In this document: piece by piece, positions 32,649 to 42,560 of the stretch
How the letters are laid out: every line of letters begins with the position of its first letter
How positions within the stretch are numbered: position 1 is the first letter of the stretch
DNA from: Calditrichia bacterium
Lineage (GTDB): Bacteria > Calditrichota > Calditrichia > JAJRVZ01
DNA length: 64,000 nucleotides
Assembly (NCBI GenBank): GCA_963777955.1
Contig: CAVZSQ010000013.1
Span: 224,001-288,000 of the forward strand
Direction of reading: 5' to 3'
Notes under the pieces: generated by a model
The model's input: the letters and a program-made list of their open reading frames with translations, nothing else
Database searches by the model: none
Told to the model about the DNA's origin: nothing
Program-made: the position numbers and the translations under genes

Positions 32649-32771
32649 TCAATGGGATTTTTTTCTGTCTGCCAGTAACCGGCGAAATTCTTTCACCGGC
32701 ACAATGATCCATATAATTAAGATGATAAATCCTAATAGCCAGATACTCCAGGTGATCCAGTCGAAATACAT
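32649..32771 (-). CDS. 40-aa single-TM microprotein, probable SSS accessory subunit (not in ORF track)
   Basis: MYFDWITWSIWLLGFIILIIWIIVPVKEFRRLLADRKKSH*; SD AGAGGG before ATG; stop 16 nt before SSS start. Confidence 0.75.
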   Translation of the reverse strand: MYFDWITWSIWLLGFIILIIWIIVPVKEFRRLLADRKKSH

Positions 32772-32877
32772 AAGTTCCCTCTATATTATATACGTATGGA
32801 CCGATTTTCTTTAAGATTGATAAATAATATATAAATTACTGAATTTTAAAATCCCAATGAAGATCTAATATTTTATT

Positions 32878-34120
32878 TCAGTAGGGATTGCCGGTAGTCC
32901 CGATTATTTTCCAGATCAGGGGATTTCTCAACCGTTTGCTCCAATATTCCAGATCTTTAAAAGGATCCCCCCGGTCACATAAAAATACAATATAGGCATT
33001 CTCTTCAGTATAGCGGCTGCCGGCCGGGATAAAAGTGGGATAATCATGGATCAAACGCCGGTTCCAGTATTTACCCCCTGCTGCCCCATCACTGATTTTT
33101 GTGTGCGGCATGAACAGAGGTGACGGGTCTCCCCGGTAATTCTCATTTTCATATTTCAAACGAATACTGCCGAATCCAAATTGCTTGACCCGGTTATAAA
33201 AACAGATCCAGGGCGCTTCATTCTCTACAGGATTGGTGGTAAGGTACTTAGCCCGGTCGGCAAAGGTCATGTTTTCAATCCGGCCATCCGAACGTTTAAA
33301 AGCTACGTGGGTGAACATACTGTCCATGGTCATCTCGTCGTTTCTGAGTAATATCAGTGTGATATCCTGCATGATCTCCATGGTTGAGTAAAAAATAAAA
33401 TAGGGTTTCCCAGCATAAAATTTATAAACAGCCGTGAGCATGATTTCGGCATGGTCCGCTGCCGGGGCCTGGCGGGTGGTTTTAATTAAATACGGTCCCT
33501 GGTCGATGCGATTATAGGCGGGATTATCCCATTGTGCTATGGTTTTATATTCTGCTGCACCCTGCTTCTGGAAATTTGGGGCCCAGTGGATCCGGTTTTC
33601 GTCGCGGGATAACAATTGGTTCTTATTCATCTTGATCAATAATTCCCGCAACTGTCCGGATAAATGATCTTTTCCTTCAGACTGAGAACTTCTGGTCAGA
33701 TCAGCACGGTAAAAACTATTATCGATGATTAATTCGGTGGCTGCCCCGTCCAGGTGCAGGTCTGACGACGACTGCATTGATTGGTTTTTCTCTGCAGCTC
33801 AATTTCTTCAATAGCATAAGTTTACTCGAATTCGCAGTTAAAGATACCGGGAAGATTAAACTCAATTGCATCGATTTATTTTCCGGTGCAGCAGTATATA
33901 CGATGGCCTGGCAGAAAATACGCTTACCTTGTTCATCTATTGCCTCATAATGATCTGTTTCGGCAGGCAAATAATTCAGTTGCAGAGGGATTTCAACATA
34001 TTCGTTCTCACGATTTAAGCCAGTCGTTTCCTGAATTCTGATAGTTGCTAAAGTGGAATCGGTCGGCGCTGCTTGCAGTGCTAGAATTAAAATATATAAA
34101 AGTACAACAACTTTTATCAT
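32878..34120 (-). CDS. Exported hypothetical protein, frameshift near 33780 (ORFs 33719-34183 and 32878-33777)
   Basis: Signal peptide MIKVVVLLYILILALQA; the two ORFs overlap and appear to join by one shift. Confidence 0.65.
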
Positions 34121-34148
34121 AAAAGCAGGGCTAAATAAATAAATGGTT

Positions 34149-36194
34149 TTATTGATTGGTCGATTGACCGGTCGCTGTCTCAAACCAGACCACCGCTCCT
34201 TTATGTATTTCTGGAATTATATAAACCTGCCCGTTGCCGCTGCTGCTTGATGTTATCTCCTGTACTTCACCCAGGTAAGGCAAGAGATAACAATTCCGCT
34301 GGATATTATCTTTTAGCGTGATGCGGATATTTTTTTGTGCCGTTTGGCTGGCATTTACTCCGCCCTGTAAACCTGCAAAATTGGCCAAAAAGATATGAAT
34401 TCTGTTATCGACCATTGCGACCTGGGTCGCAATGAACGGGCTGGCAGTGATTTCCAGCGCTGAACTGTAAACGAGTTTTTGTTGCCGCAGGTCTGCGACA
34501 AAATCCCCGAGTAATTTTATGAAAACTGCGTTGGCAGTAGTATCGCCACGGGCATAACGGTTATAATTGTTCTTAATCTCATCATAATAGATGCGGGCAG
34601 GACAGTCAGGATAATAAATAAAGTCCTTTCCGGTTTGAATTTTTTTATCCTGGGAAGTCACACCAAACAAACGATGCAACGGATTATCTGTATATTTTTT
34701 CCGGGCATGATCATACTCTCCACTCTGCCCGGTAAAAATAATTTTGCCGCCTGAATGAACCAGTTTTTCAAACAGTTCTACCTCCGGCAGATTGAGACAT
34801 CTTGCATCCGGTATAAGCAATATTTTTCCTTTAAAAAAACGCAGGGTCTGGGGCAGCACAATTTGAAATTCCTGGTGTGCCTGTAGCATCATGCTCAGGG
34901 CACCCATATAGGACTTATAAAAATCATCGGCAAAAATATTTCGTGTCCTGGGGGAGAAATAGACACCGATGGGATCAATCGGCAGCCGCGGCTTATACCA
35001 ATGGTCTTCATGGGCAGCGATCCATTTATATACTTCAGACCTTACTTTGTAATCATTGGATCCGGACATTACATGCCCCCGGGCATCCCAGGGATTAGTA
35101 CCGGCCATGATCTGCGACAGAAACAGGTTGCGCATGGCTTCGCCGGGATCGATTTTTTTTTCGCCATCCCAGGAATAACTGAGCATCCAGGAGGGTTTTC
35201 CCCGTGCGAAGGCACGAAACGTATACATACCGGCCATATAAGTAAACCAGTCCACTGGTTCACGGGCAGCTGCCATATAAGCACCTTCACTGTATTCATG
35301 GGCAATGGCATCCACCACTTCATACATTTGTTGAACATCGGCCCCGACGCGAACAGCCGATTCATCAATTCCCGGATATATTTCCGCAATGGTTTTACAT
35401 TCCGGATTAACTGCCTTGACAGTCCGGTTTATTTCAGCCATGAAGGCAGTAAGAGTTTCCATCCGGAAATTCACCCAGCGCAGGAATCCGGGATCGGTAA
35501 AATCACCCAACTTTAAGTCCTTTTTTGCATCCAGCCCGGTTTTTTTCCTGAAAGCACGGACGGTATAATCATCGAAACTGGCCCAGGTGTTTTCCCAACC
35601 TTCAAAGTGGGTCATCCAGTACGGAATATCCACATATATTCCGTCGATCCCGGTAGCCGCAATCTCTTTCACACGCTGCATATACATCTTGCGCCATTCA
35701 ACCGCATACGGACTTATCCAGACATCTTCATCCCCCTGCCTGATCCAGAAGGCAGCGTCACCGCCAAACACAGCCGGACGGCCGGTGATATCCCGTTGCA
35801 CCCAGTCGGGATGATCTTTAAACAAGGTATGCCGTGCGGCAGTATCTGCAGCCGCAGTGATACATTCCAGCCCGGCTATATAAACAAAAGCCCGGTTATT
35901 ATTTTCGTGGGCTTTACGGGCCAGCAGACCTATGGCTGCCAGTTTTTCCGCCGGGTCTAAAAAACTTTCATACCGGCCGGTAATATCATTATCCACTTCG
36001 ATACCAAACACATACGTGGATCTTGACCGGCTGATTATAGAATCAATGCGGCTGGCATTCAAGCCATGACCGGCAATGCGTACAACATGGGACCAGTCCT
36101 GCTGAATTTCCTGCTCTGTACTGCAACTGCACAGGCAGCCGGACAGAATCAGTACCGGAACAACGATACGGATTTTATTCAAATATTTTTTCAT
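34149..36194 (-). CDS. Lipoprotein, uncharacterised glycoside-hydrolase-like (probable TIM barrel + GATase-like + beta domain); paralog of 50160-52200
   Basis: Lipobox-like GCLCSC; FKDHPDWVQR, WISPY, GIDGIYVDIPYW, SFDDYT..AF. Confidence 0.7.
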   Translation of the reverse strand: MKKYLNKIRIVVPVLILSGCLCSCSTEQEIQQDWSHVVRIAGHGLNASRIDSIISRSRSTYVFGIEVDNDITGRYESFLDPAEKLAAIGLLARKAHENNNRAFVYIAGLECITAAADTAARHTLFKDHPDWVQRDITGRPAVFGGDAAFWIRQGDEDVWISPYAVEWRKMYMQRVKEIAATGIDGIYVDIPYWMTHFEGWENTWASFDDYTVRAFRKKTGLDAKKDLKLGDFTDPGFLRWVNFRMETLTAFMAEINRTVKAVNPECKTIAEIYPGIDESAVRVGADVQQMYEVVDAIAHEYSEGAYMAAAREPVDWFTYMAGMYTFRAFARGKPSWMLSYSWDGEKKIDPGEAMRNLFLSQIMAGTNPWDARGHVMSGSNDYKVRSEVYKWIAAHEDHWYKPRLPIDPIGVYFSPRTRNIFADDFYKSYMGALSMMLQAHQEFQIVLPQTLRFFKGKILLIPDARCLNLPEVELFEKLVHSGGKIIFTGQSGEYDHARKKYTDNPLHRLFGVTSQDKKIQTGKDFIYYPDCPARIYYDEIKNNYNRYARGDTTANAVFIKLLGDFVADLRQQKLVYSSALEITASPFIATQVAMVDNRIHIFLANFAGLQGGVNASQTAQKNIRITLKDNIQRNCYLLPYLGEVQEITSSSSGNGQVYIIPEIHKGAVVWFETATGQSTNQ

Positions 36195-36209
36195 TTTTAA
36201 CCTGTAAAT

Positions 36210-37154
36210 TTATTCTGAGTAGTTAAAATGCTTTTTAGCCAGATTCATTACAGATTTGTAATCGGTGAAGGCAGTGGTGCCTCCGGCCGCAGTGGTATTG
36301 ACAGCACCCATCAGACTGCCAAAGACAAGGCACTCGTTTACCGGACATTTCTTGATAAATTTAAATATAAAACCTGCATTAAAACTGTCACCGGCGCCTA
36401 TGGCATCCACCACCCGCGGATTTAAAAAAGCCGCCTGTTCGGTCTGCTGACCCTTGCTCAGGGCCACCGAACCTTTACTACCCATTTTTACTATGACCAG
36501 ATTTGGAGCAGATTTTACCGCTTCAAGTGCCGAAGCCAGATCATGTTTTCCGGTCAGGTGTATCAATTCCTGTTCATTGGGAAGCAGAATATCCACGACC
36601 GGCAGTACTTGTTTCAGGTCCAGATCCCATTTTTCATGCGGATCCCATTGCGGATCAAAGGAGGTAGTCAACCCTAAAGATTTGGCACGTTTGAAAATGG
36701 TAACAATGTCCCCCTTCAGACCGGGCTGTAAAAAATAGGACGAGACATGCAGATGTCCCGCCTGCTGCAAACTTTGATCGCTAATATCCTGCATGGTCAG
36801 ATGTTCCATGGCTCCGGGATGGGTGACCATGGCCCGGTCTTCTGAAAAATTAAGCACAATCGTAGCGCCGGTTTTAACGGCTGAATTACGGACAATAAAA
36901 CCGGTTTCGACCTTTTTGGACTTCAAACTCCTGATGACCAGGTCACCAAAAACATCATCGCCCAGTTTGCCCAGGAAGGCGACTTTTGTGCCCATGCTGC
37001 TCAGATTACTGGCAAAGATCGCCGAAGAACTTCCCAGGGTCAGATCCATCTGTCCGGCCAGTTTTTCTTTACCCATTTCGGGAAAGGACTCGATACGGTT
37101 GAGTATCAAATCCACATTTAATTCACCGATTACCAGGACATCAAATTTCTTCAT
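36210..37154 (-). CDS. PfkB/ribokinase-family carbohydrate kinase
   Basis: GELNVD, GSSSAIFA, PNEQE, VDAIGAGDSFNAGF signature. Confidence 0.93.
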   Translation of the reverse strand: MKKFDVLVIGELNVDLILNRIESFPEMGKEKLAGQMDLTLGSSSAIFASNLSSMGTKVAFLGKLGDDVFGDLVIRSLKSKKVETGFIVRNSAVKTGATIVLNFSEDRAMVTHPGAMEHLTMQDISDQSLQQAGHLHVSSYFLQPGLKGDIVTIFKRAKSLGLTTSFDPQWDPHEKWDLDLKQVLPVVDILLPNEQELIHLTGKHDLASALEAVKSAPNLVIVKMGSKGSVALSKGQQTEQAAFLNPRVVDAIGAGDSFNAGFIFKFIKKCPVNECLVFGSLMGAVNTTAAGGTTAFTDYKSVMNLAKKHFNYSE

Positions 37155-37264
37155 GATTAATTTATACTCCCTGACAAAATATTTTATTTAGTCCGCAATA
37201 ATTTATTCCCTGAGCTGCAATAAATTTTTCAGCCCGGGTCAGAGATCATAACAATAAACTTAAT

Positions 37265-37990
37265 TTATTTCTTGCTGGTTAGTGCCGAGACGATTTCCAT
37301 GATCGAATCAACGATCCAGTCGGCCTGTGCTTCAAGCAGTTGATCCTTATTCCAGTACCTGTTTCTTAAAGCGATGCAATAGACTCCGGCCATTTTAGCA
37401 CTCTTTACTCCGGCTGGTGAATCTTCAACCGCTGCACACTGTTCCGGTCTCAATTTTAATTTATGTACCGCCTGCAGATAAATATCAGCTGCCGGTTTTT
37501 TATGTTTTACCTGGTCGCCGCTGACAATCACTTTGAAATCTTCTTTCAAATTCATGAGATTACCGTCAGAATCCCCGGAGAGTTTTTCCAGAATTGTATC
37601 TACCTGCTCCCGGATTGAAGAGGTGGCCAAAGCCAGTTCCAGTTTATTTTTTTTACAGATATCGAGCAGGGCGGAAATTCCGGGCAGAGGATGCAAATCG
37701 CTTGTTTGCAGCAGATCCAGGTAGATTGATTCCCTCCTGGTCAATTCGGCATTGATTATCTCGGGTACAGCCTTGCCGATCTTCTGGAAGATCATGGTCA
37801 TATTGCTTTCCACCGAGTGTCCGACCAATGAATTTAGAAAGGAATCATCATAATTAAGTTGCAGATCCTTGAGCAGGATTTTAAAAGATTCAAGATGGAC
37901 CGGCTCGGTGTCCACCAGTACACCGTCCATATCCAGTATGACTGCTTTTATTTTATCAAATGAAATTTTATCAGAGAGTTCTTTCTCCAT
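37265..37990 (-). CDS. HAD phosphatase (beta-phosphoglucomutase/sugar-phosphatase-like); start at 37990 or 38014
   Basis: LDMDGVLVDTE, ATSS, KKPAADIY, VEDSPAG. Confidence 0.88.
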   Translation of the reverse strand: MEKELSDKISFDKIKAVILDMDGVLVDTEPVHLESFKILLKDLQLNYDDSFLNSLVGHSVESNMTMIFQKIGKAVPEIINAELTRRESIYLDLLQTSDLHPLPGISALLDICKKNKLELALATSSIREQVDTILEKLSGDSDGNLMNLKEDFKVIVSGDQVKHKKPAADIYLQAVHKLKLRPEQCAAVEDSPAGVKSAKMAGVYCIALRNRYWNKDQLLEAQADWIVDSIMEIVSALTSKK

Positions 37991-37991
37991 A

Positions 37992-38879
37992 TTAAGAGGC
38001 TGGTTCTCCTTCATCTTCGATGGCCAGTAAGAATATTGAGATCAGGGCCACTGCCATGCCTGCCAACGTGATTACCCGCGGAAAGACACCATAAATCGAC
38101 AGAGATATAATGATCGTGATCACCGGAGCCACGGCGTTAGTCAGTGGACTCACGATCAAGGCTTTACCATAACGAAAGGCATAAACAATGGTCAGCGCAC
38201 CGATGGCATTGAGTATTTGTATCATAGCCGCCAGGTAGGGACCTTTGAAACCCCAGTTAACCGGTTGATTAAAATCGGTCATCAACAGGGCGATGGGGAC
38301 CAGGATCAGGCCGGTCAGCATCATATAAAAGAAAATGCTTTCGGCTTTCATGGTCCGGTTGGCGAATTTCATAATGTAGGCCTGTATACCCCAGGCCAGA
38401 AACACCAGCAGGGCCAGGATCACCCATATAAAACCCTGACCGACCGTACTCTGCGGGGGCTGATAGGATAGCAGAGGCATGGCGATCATGGCCAGCACAA
38501 TACCGATCCAGCCTCGGGAACTGGCCCGCTCCTTTAAAAAAATGACTGATAAAAGTATGGTCACCACCGGCGAGAGGGAAATAAATGGAAAAACCAGATA
38601 GGCCGGACCTGTCCGCAGGGCCTGAAACAGGATTAATTGTCCACCGGCACCGGTAAACCCGATCAGGCAACCTAATATAACCGACCGGCGATCAAATTCC
38701 AATTTCCATTTAATTAGCCACAGCGCGACGACGGCAGGAATGATCATAGTCAAGGCCCAGACTGTATAACCAAGAGTAGCCGGGAAACCGGCTTTTTCCG
38801 GCAGCTCAATCAGTGCACCCCAGACACCCCAGAATGTGGTTGTGATGATCGCATAGATTAACCAGGATCGGATTTTCAC
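37992..38879 (-). CDS. DMT/EamA-family transporter
   Basis: Multiple hydrophobic helices, two EamA halves, FLKER motif; GTG start after SD GAGGAGG. Confidence 0.88.
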   Translation of the reverse strand: MKIRSWLIYAIITTTFWGVWGALIELPEKAGFPATLGYTVWALTMIIPAVVALWLIKWKLEFDRRSVILGCLIGFTGAGGQLILFQALRTGPAYLVFPFISLSPVVTILLSVIFLKERASSRGWIGIVLAMIAMPLLSYQPPQSTVGQGFIWVILALLVFLAWGIQAYIMKFANRTMKAESIFFYMMLTGLILVPIALLMTDFNQPVNWGFKGPYLAAMIQILNAIGALTIVYAFRYGKALIVSPLTNAVAPVITIIISLSIYGVFPRVITLAGMAVALISIFLLAIEDEGEPAS

Positions 38880-38893
38880 GTAACCTCCTCGAA

Positions 38894-40207
38894 TTATTTC
38901 TCTGACATTCCCGCGGCCCGGGAATAATATTTAAGCACCTGCTGAATACAATCATAAATTAATTGTAGCGGATCGTTTTCCAACACCTGCTCCCTGATTT
39001 TCCAATATTGATCCGGAAAATATTGTGACACTAAATTTAAGGGCGGGGGATCTTTTTTCAAATTATTGATCAGCCGCCGCAAGGATTCCTGAACCGGCTG
39101 TTCCGGCCAATAATAACGTACCCGGTCACTGTAACTGTAGGCGCGGGCCAGAGCCTGTTTATTCTTGTCACCGGAGTAATGTTTTTGCCAGTATTTTGGT
39201 TTGTTCAGCATGGTTTCATCTAAAATACCTTTTATACACGAAAGAGTGGCAGTTTTTTTATTCCGTAAATATTCATCCTCCAGCTGCGCTAAACCGAAAA
39301 CAGCTTCGCGAAAGGCAAACGTTAACCAGGGTCCCACTTTCAAAATAGCAAAATGGTCGCTGACCATTTCAATCAATGCCGAGGGGAGTTGAAAATCGGT
39401 AGAATGGGCTTCGTATAGAAATGACTCCGTCGTTGAAATAAACTTTGACAATTTAACCGCCGCCTGGTGATCATAATCTTGAACTGTAGTATCAGAAAAT
39501 TCAACTCCCGGTTGAACAACCACCGCTACTACTCTGTTCCAGGCCTGCGGCAGTCCGTGATCGAAAAATGCTGAACGCGTCAATTCAATTGTTTGCCTGA
39601 CCCGTTTGACACTGGTGATTTCAATACGGGCTATATTATGCTGAGCGCCACCCGGTACGGGCACATCGGTTCCGATCACATATATCGGTGCCGCTGAAAG
39701 TTTTGTTCCTGCGCTAAAAGTTTTTTCTGCCACCACACATAAATCTGCTGCCCGTTCTGCCGCCAGTTCCGCTGCGATATCGCCGGAAGGTGTGACCGGA
39801 TCATGCCGCAGGCGCATACTGGTATCCAGATGAATTTTCGAATACCCGGCTGCAACATAAGCACGAATTTGTCCGGCTGCTTTTTGCATGGCTGGTTCGG
39901 CGGCCTCATCCTGCCAGACATTGGGACCTAAATGGTCACCCCCTAATAGAATACGAGACCAGGGCATTTGCATTCGCTCGGCAATGTTCCTGACGAATAA
40001 TACAAAATCCGCAGGGGTCATACCTGAATAACCTCCAAACTGATCAACCTGATTGGAAGTGGATTCTATCAGCAGTATACTATTGTCCTGCCGGGCCTGC
40101 AGCATGGCAGCCTCCAGAACATAGCGGTTTGCCGAGCAAACTGAATAGATACCTATACGGGGATCGCTGTAATGGCGTTTCAACCTGTGTTGTAATGGAT
40201 TTTTCAT
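38894..40207 (-). CDS. kbaZ: GatZ/KbaZ family protein (tagatose-6-phosphate 4-epimerase-like)
   Basis: GIYSVCSA, ESTSNQVDQFGGYSGMTP, GGDHLGPN, IHLDTSM, VVVQPGVEF, EAHSTD, ILKVGPWLTF, YSYSDRVRYYW. Confidence 0.95.
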   Translation of the reverse strand: MKNPLQHRLKRHYSDPRIGIYSVCSANRYVLEAAMLQARQDNSILLIESTSNQVDQFGGYSGMTPADFVLFVRNIAERMQMPWSRILLGGDHLGPNVWQDEAAEPAMQKAAGQIRAYVAAGYSKIHLDTSMRLRHDPVTPSGDIAAELAAERAADLCVVAEKTFSAGTKLSAAPIYVIGTDVPVPGGAQHNIARIEITSVKRVRQTIELTRSAFFDHGLPQAWNRVVAVVVQPGVEFSDTTVQDYDHQAAVKLSKFISTTESFLYEAHSTDFQLPSALIEMVSDHFAILKVGPWLTFAFREAVFGLAQLEDEYLRNKKTATLSCIKGILDETMLNKPKYWQKHYSGDKNKQALARAYSYSDRVRYYWPEQPVQESLRRLINNLKKDPPPLNLVSQYFPDQYWKIREQVLENDPLQLIYDCIQQVLKYYSRAAGMSEK

Positions 40208-40243
40208 AGTGTTAAATACTTAAAATAATAAAACCCGTCATGA

Positions 40244-41104
40244 TTAGTTAATTTCGATTAATCCACCCAGCTCCAGCTCATGATATCGCGATCGGAGATC
40301 TTTGCTTAACAGCATTTTTACTTCATAAGCATAATTTGTCGTCCAGAACCGATTATCAGGCGTGACCCGAAAGGTGCCACCATGCTGGGGCAGAATATAA
40401 TCTGGTTCCAGTTCATTAATCAATATTACCGACGGTTGAATATGCATATTATGTTCTGTGGGCGAAAAAAACAGTACGTCCACATGTTTCAGAAAAAGAT
40501 GATCCTCCAGTAACACAGTATCTCCCGGCTGCAGGATATCTTTTCCACCAATACTGATCAGATACCCGCAATCTTCCAGATTGGCTTCTTCAAAAATGGC
40601 ATAACGTGGATTACCATGAATGGCGCGCAAGGGTCTTACTTTAATTGCTCCAATCCCGAATGGCTGTTTGGGAACCGCAACAATAATACGTTCGCGCGGA
40701 ATTCCCAGATCGAGGGCAACCTGCAGGCAATTCCCTGGCATGACGAAAAGACATTTCGATTTCCCGGCCAGTATTTTACATGTTTCCCGTTCGAAATGGT
40801 CATCATGTTCATGAGTGATAAAGAGAACATCAAGTTCAGCTGCTAATTGGTCTGCCGAGACCGGCGCTGCATAAAAACGCTCCGCGGACTCAAGGCATAG
40901 ATCTGTGCCGATTAAAATGGTATCGTTTTCAATCAACCAGCCATTCTGACCGGTCCACCATATACGCATAACCGCCGAGGGAGTACGCAGTTCGTTTATA
41001 ATTTGTCGTACCGGTTGTTGCTCCTGTCTGCCGGTTTGAGACCATCCGATCGAGATCCAAACCGGGATGAATAAAATTACTAATGACAATTTTTTAAAAT
41101 TCAT
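40244..41104 (-). CDS. Exported metallo-beta-lactamase-fold hydrolase (UlaG-like)
   Basis: Signal peptide; WWTGQNG, THEHDDH (HxHxDH), PGDT, PQH. Confidence 0.85.
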   Translation of the reverse strand: MNFKKLSLVILFIPVWISIGWSQTGRQEQQPVRQIINELRTPSAVMRIWWTGQNGWLIENDTILIGTDLCLESAERFYAAPVSADQLAAELDVLFITHEHDDHFERETCKILAGKSKCLFVMPGNCLQVALDLGIPRERIIVAVPKQPFGIGAIKVRPLRAIHGNPRYAIFEEANLEDCGYLISIGGKDILQPGDTVLLEDHLFLKHVDVLFFSPTEHNMHIQPSVILINELEPDYILPQHGGTFRVTPDNRFWTTNYAYEVKMLLSKDLRSRYHELELGGLIEIN

Positions 41105-41126
41105 GTCAAAACCTTAATCTATAATC

Positions 41127-42527
41127 TTATTCTATTTTCAAACGGCTGACCAGATACCTTCCCTGCTCGTCCCGGCCGGTATTGGCAAATCGTATTCCCG
41201 CTTCTTCAGTTAACGGATCAATTATAGCAAGCTTAATATTGTAAGTAAGAGCAGGCAATTGGGAGGGTAATTGCAGCGTGGCTTCAGACTGGGTAGTACC
41301 GGGTAGCCAATCCCGGATATCCACAGCCAGTTCCTGCTCAAAAACCACACTATCACCTTCAGTGACAAGATATCCCACCAGCGGCCATGGAAAATAGAAC
41401 GGCGCGACACCTTTATTCTCCACTGTTATTGCCAGCGTTAATGATGAACCGGCACTCGCTGCCGCAGCATGTTCAACCTTTCTGAGCACAAACCGATAAC
41501 CAAGTTTTTTATAGAGTTTATCCAGATTCTTCTTATGCTCTGCGCTCTGAGGTGTAATCTCTCCCCCCGCAGGACCAATAAACGACCAATGGGTCTGTTG
41601 AATGAAAGAATAATTAAGGTTAAAGCGGTCTGTCGTACCCTGAATTGCTCCCCAATCCCCTCCACAAAATTCACCGGTAATGATCGCCGATTTCCAGACC
41701 CGCTCATTCAATAATGGATCAATACTATTAAGGCTCTCCAGATACCAGATATTGGAATCCTCTTCGCCCAGGCAATCGTTGCGGATACCGCCATTATGAT
41801 CCGTTACATAGGCAGTGGCCAAATCATCATCGAAAGCAATCACCTTAGGTTTAGTGGGGAATGCTGAAAAATAATCTTCCAGAATAGCCTGTTTGCTGGC
41901 TGGCGTGGCCGCCAGCGAATCATTCAGATAGACATGCCACTCACCCCAGAAGCCATAAGAACCGATATCGATCCAGCCAACGCGCGGATCACTATCATAG
42001 CGAGCTCCGAGCGCTGTAATAAAATCGTGGTGCGCCTGCAGGAAACCGGGGTCATCCCAATCAGGCGCCAGACCATGCTGATTGTCAATTTCATAGGCAC
42101 GCATCCGGACGCCCTGATTCACTAACCATTCCGGAATATCATAATGGCCGACCGTTCCAGGAGTCGCGGCTGAAATACGGAACCCTACCCGGCGGCCAGT
42201 TACAACAACATTCCCCCAATTCTTTTCCAGATTATTCCAGTTATATACACCCGAAGATGGCTCCAGGTCTTTCCATTCGCAATTTACATATTGTAAGGTA
42301 GTCTGATAAACGGGATTTTGCTCACCAACCCAGGGCGCAAAACCTTTGAAGGGATTAGGCAGAACATCATCAATCTCATTTAAAACAACCAGGGTATCAT
42401 CCACAGGTTCGACACTTTTTTTTGAGCAATAAAAGGCATTGCCAAATCCTATAGTCCCCAGCAGAATAATGATCAATGCCGGTTTAGAAAATGAATTTTT
42501 TAAGATATCGTATATTTTATTTAACAT
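41127..42527 (-). CDS. Probable lipoprotein, clan GH-A-like domain plus DUF4832-like C-terminus
   Basis: PNPFKGF, WKDLEP..GVYNW, IPEWL, PDWDDP, GFWGEWH, LGYRF, NKGVAPFY. Confidence 0.72.
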   Translation of the reverse strand: MLNKIYDILKNSFSKPALIIILLGTIGFGNAFYCSKKSVEPVDDTLVVLNEIDDVLPNPFKGFAPWVGEQNPVYQTTLQYVNCEWKDLEPSSGVYNWNNLEKNWGNVVVTGRRVGFRISAATPGTVGHYDIPEWLVNQGVRMRAYEIDNQHGLAPDWDDPGFLQAHHDFITALGARYDSDPRVGWIDIGSYGFWGEWHVYLNDSLAATPASKQAILEDYFSAFPTKPKVIAFDDDLATAYVTDHNGGIRNDCLGEEDSNIWYLESLNSIDPLLNERVWKSAIITGEFCGGDWGAIQGTTDRFNLNYSFIQQTHWSFIGPAGGEITPQSAEHKKNLDKLYKKLGYRFVLRKVEHAAAASAGSSLTLAITVENKGVAPFYFPWPLVGYLVTEGDSVVFEQELAVDIRDWLPGTTQSEATLQLPSQLPALTYNIKLAIIDPLTEEAGIRFANTGRDEQGRYLVSRLKIE

Positions 42528-42560
42528 AAGGTTTTCATTGATAATTGGTCCTTTTCGTCA

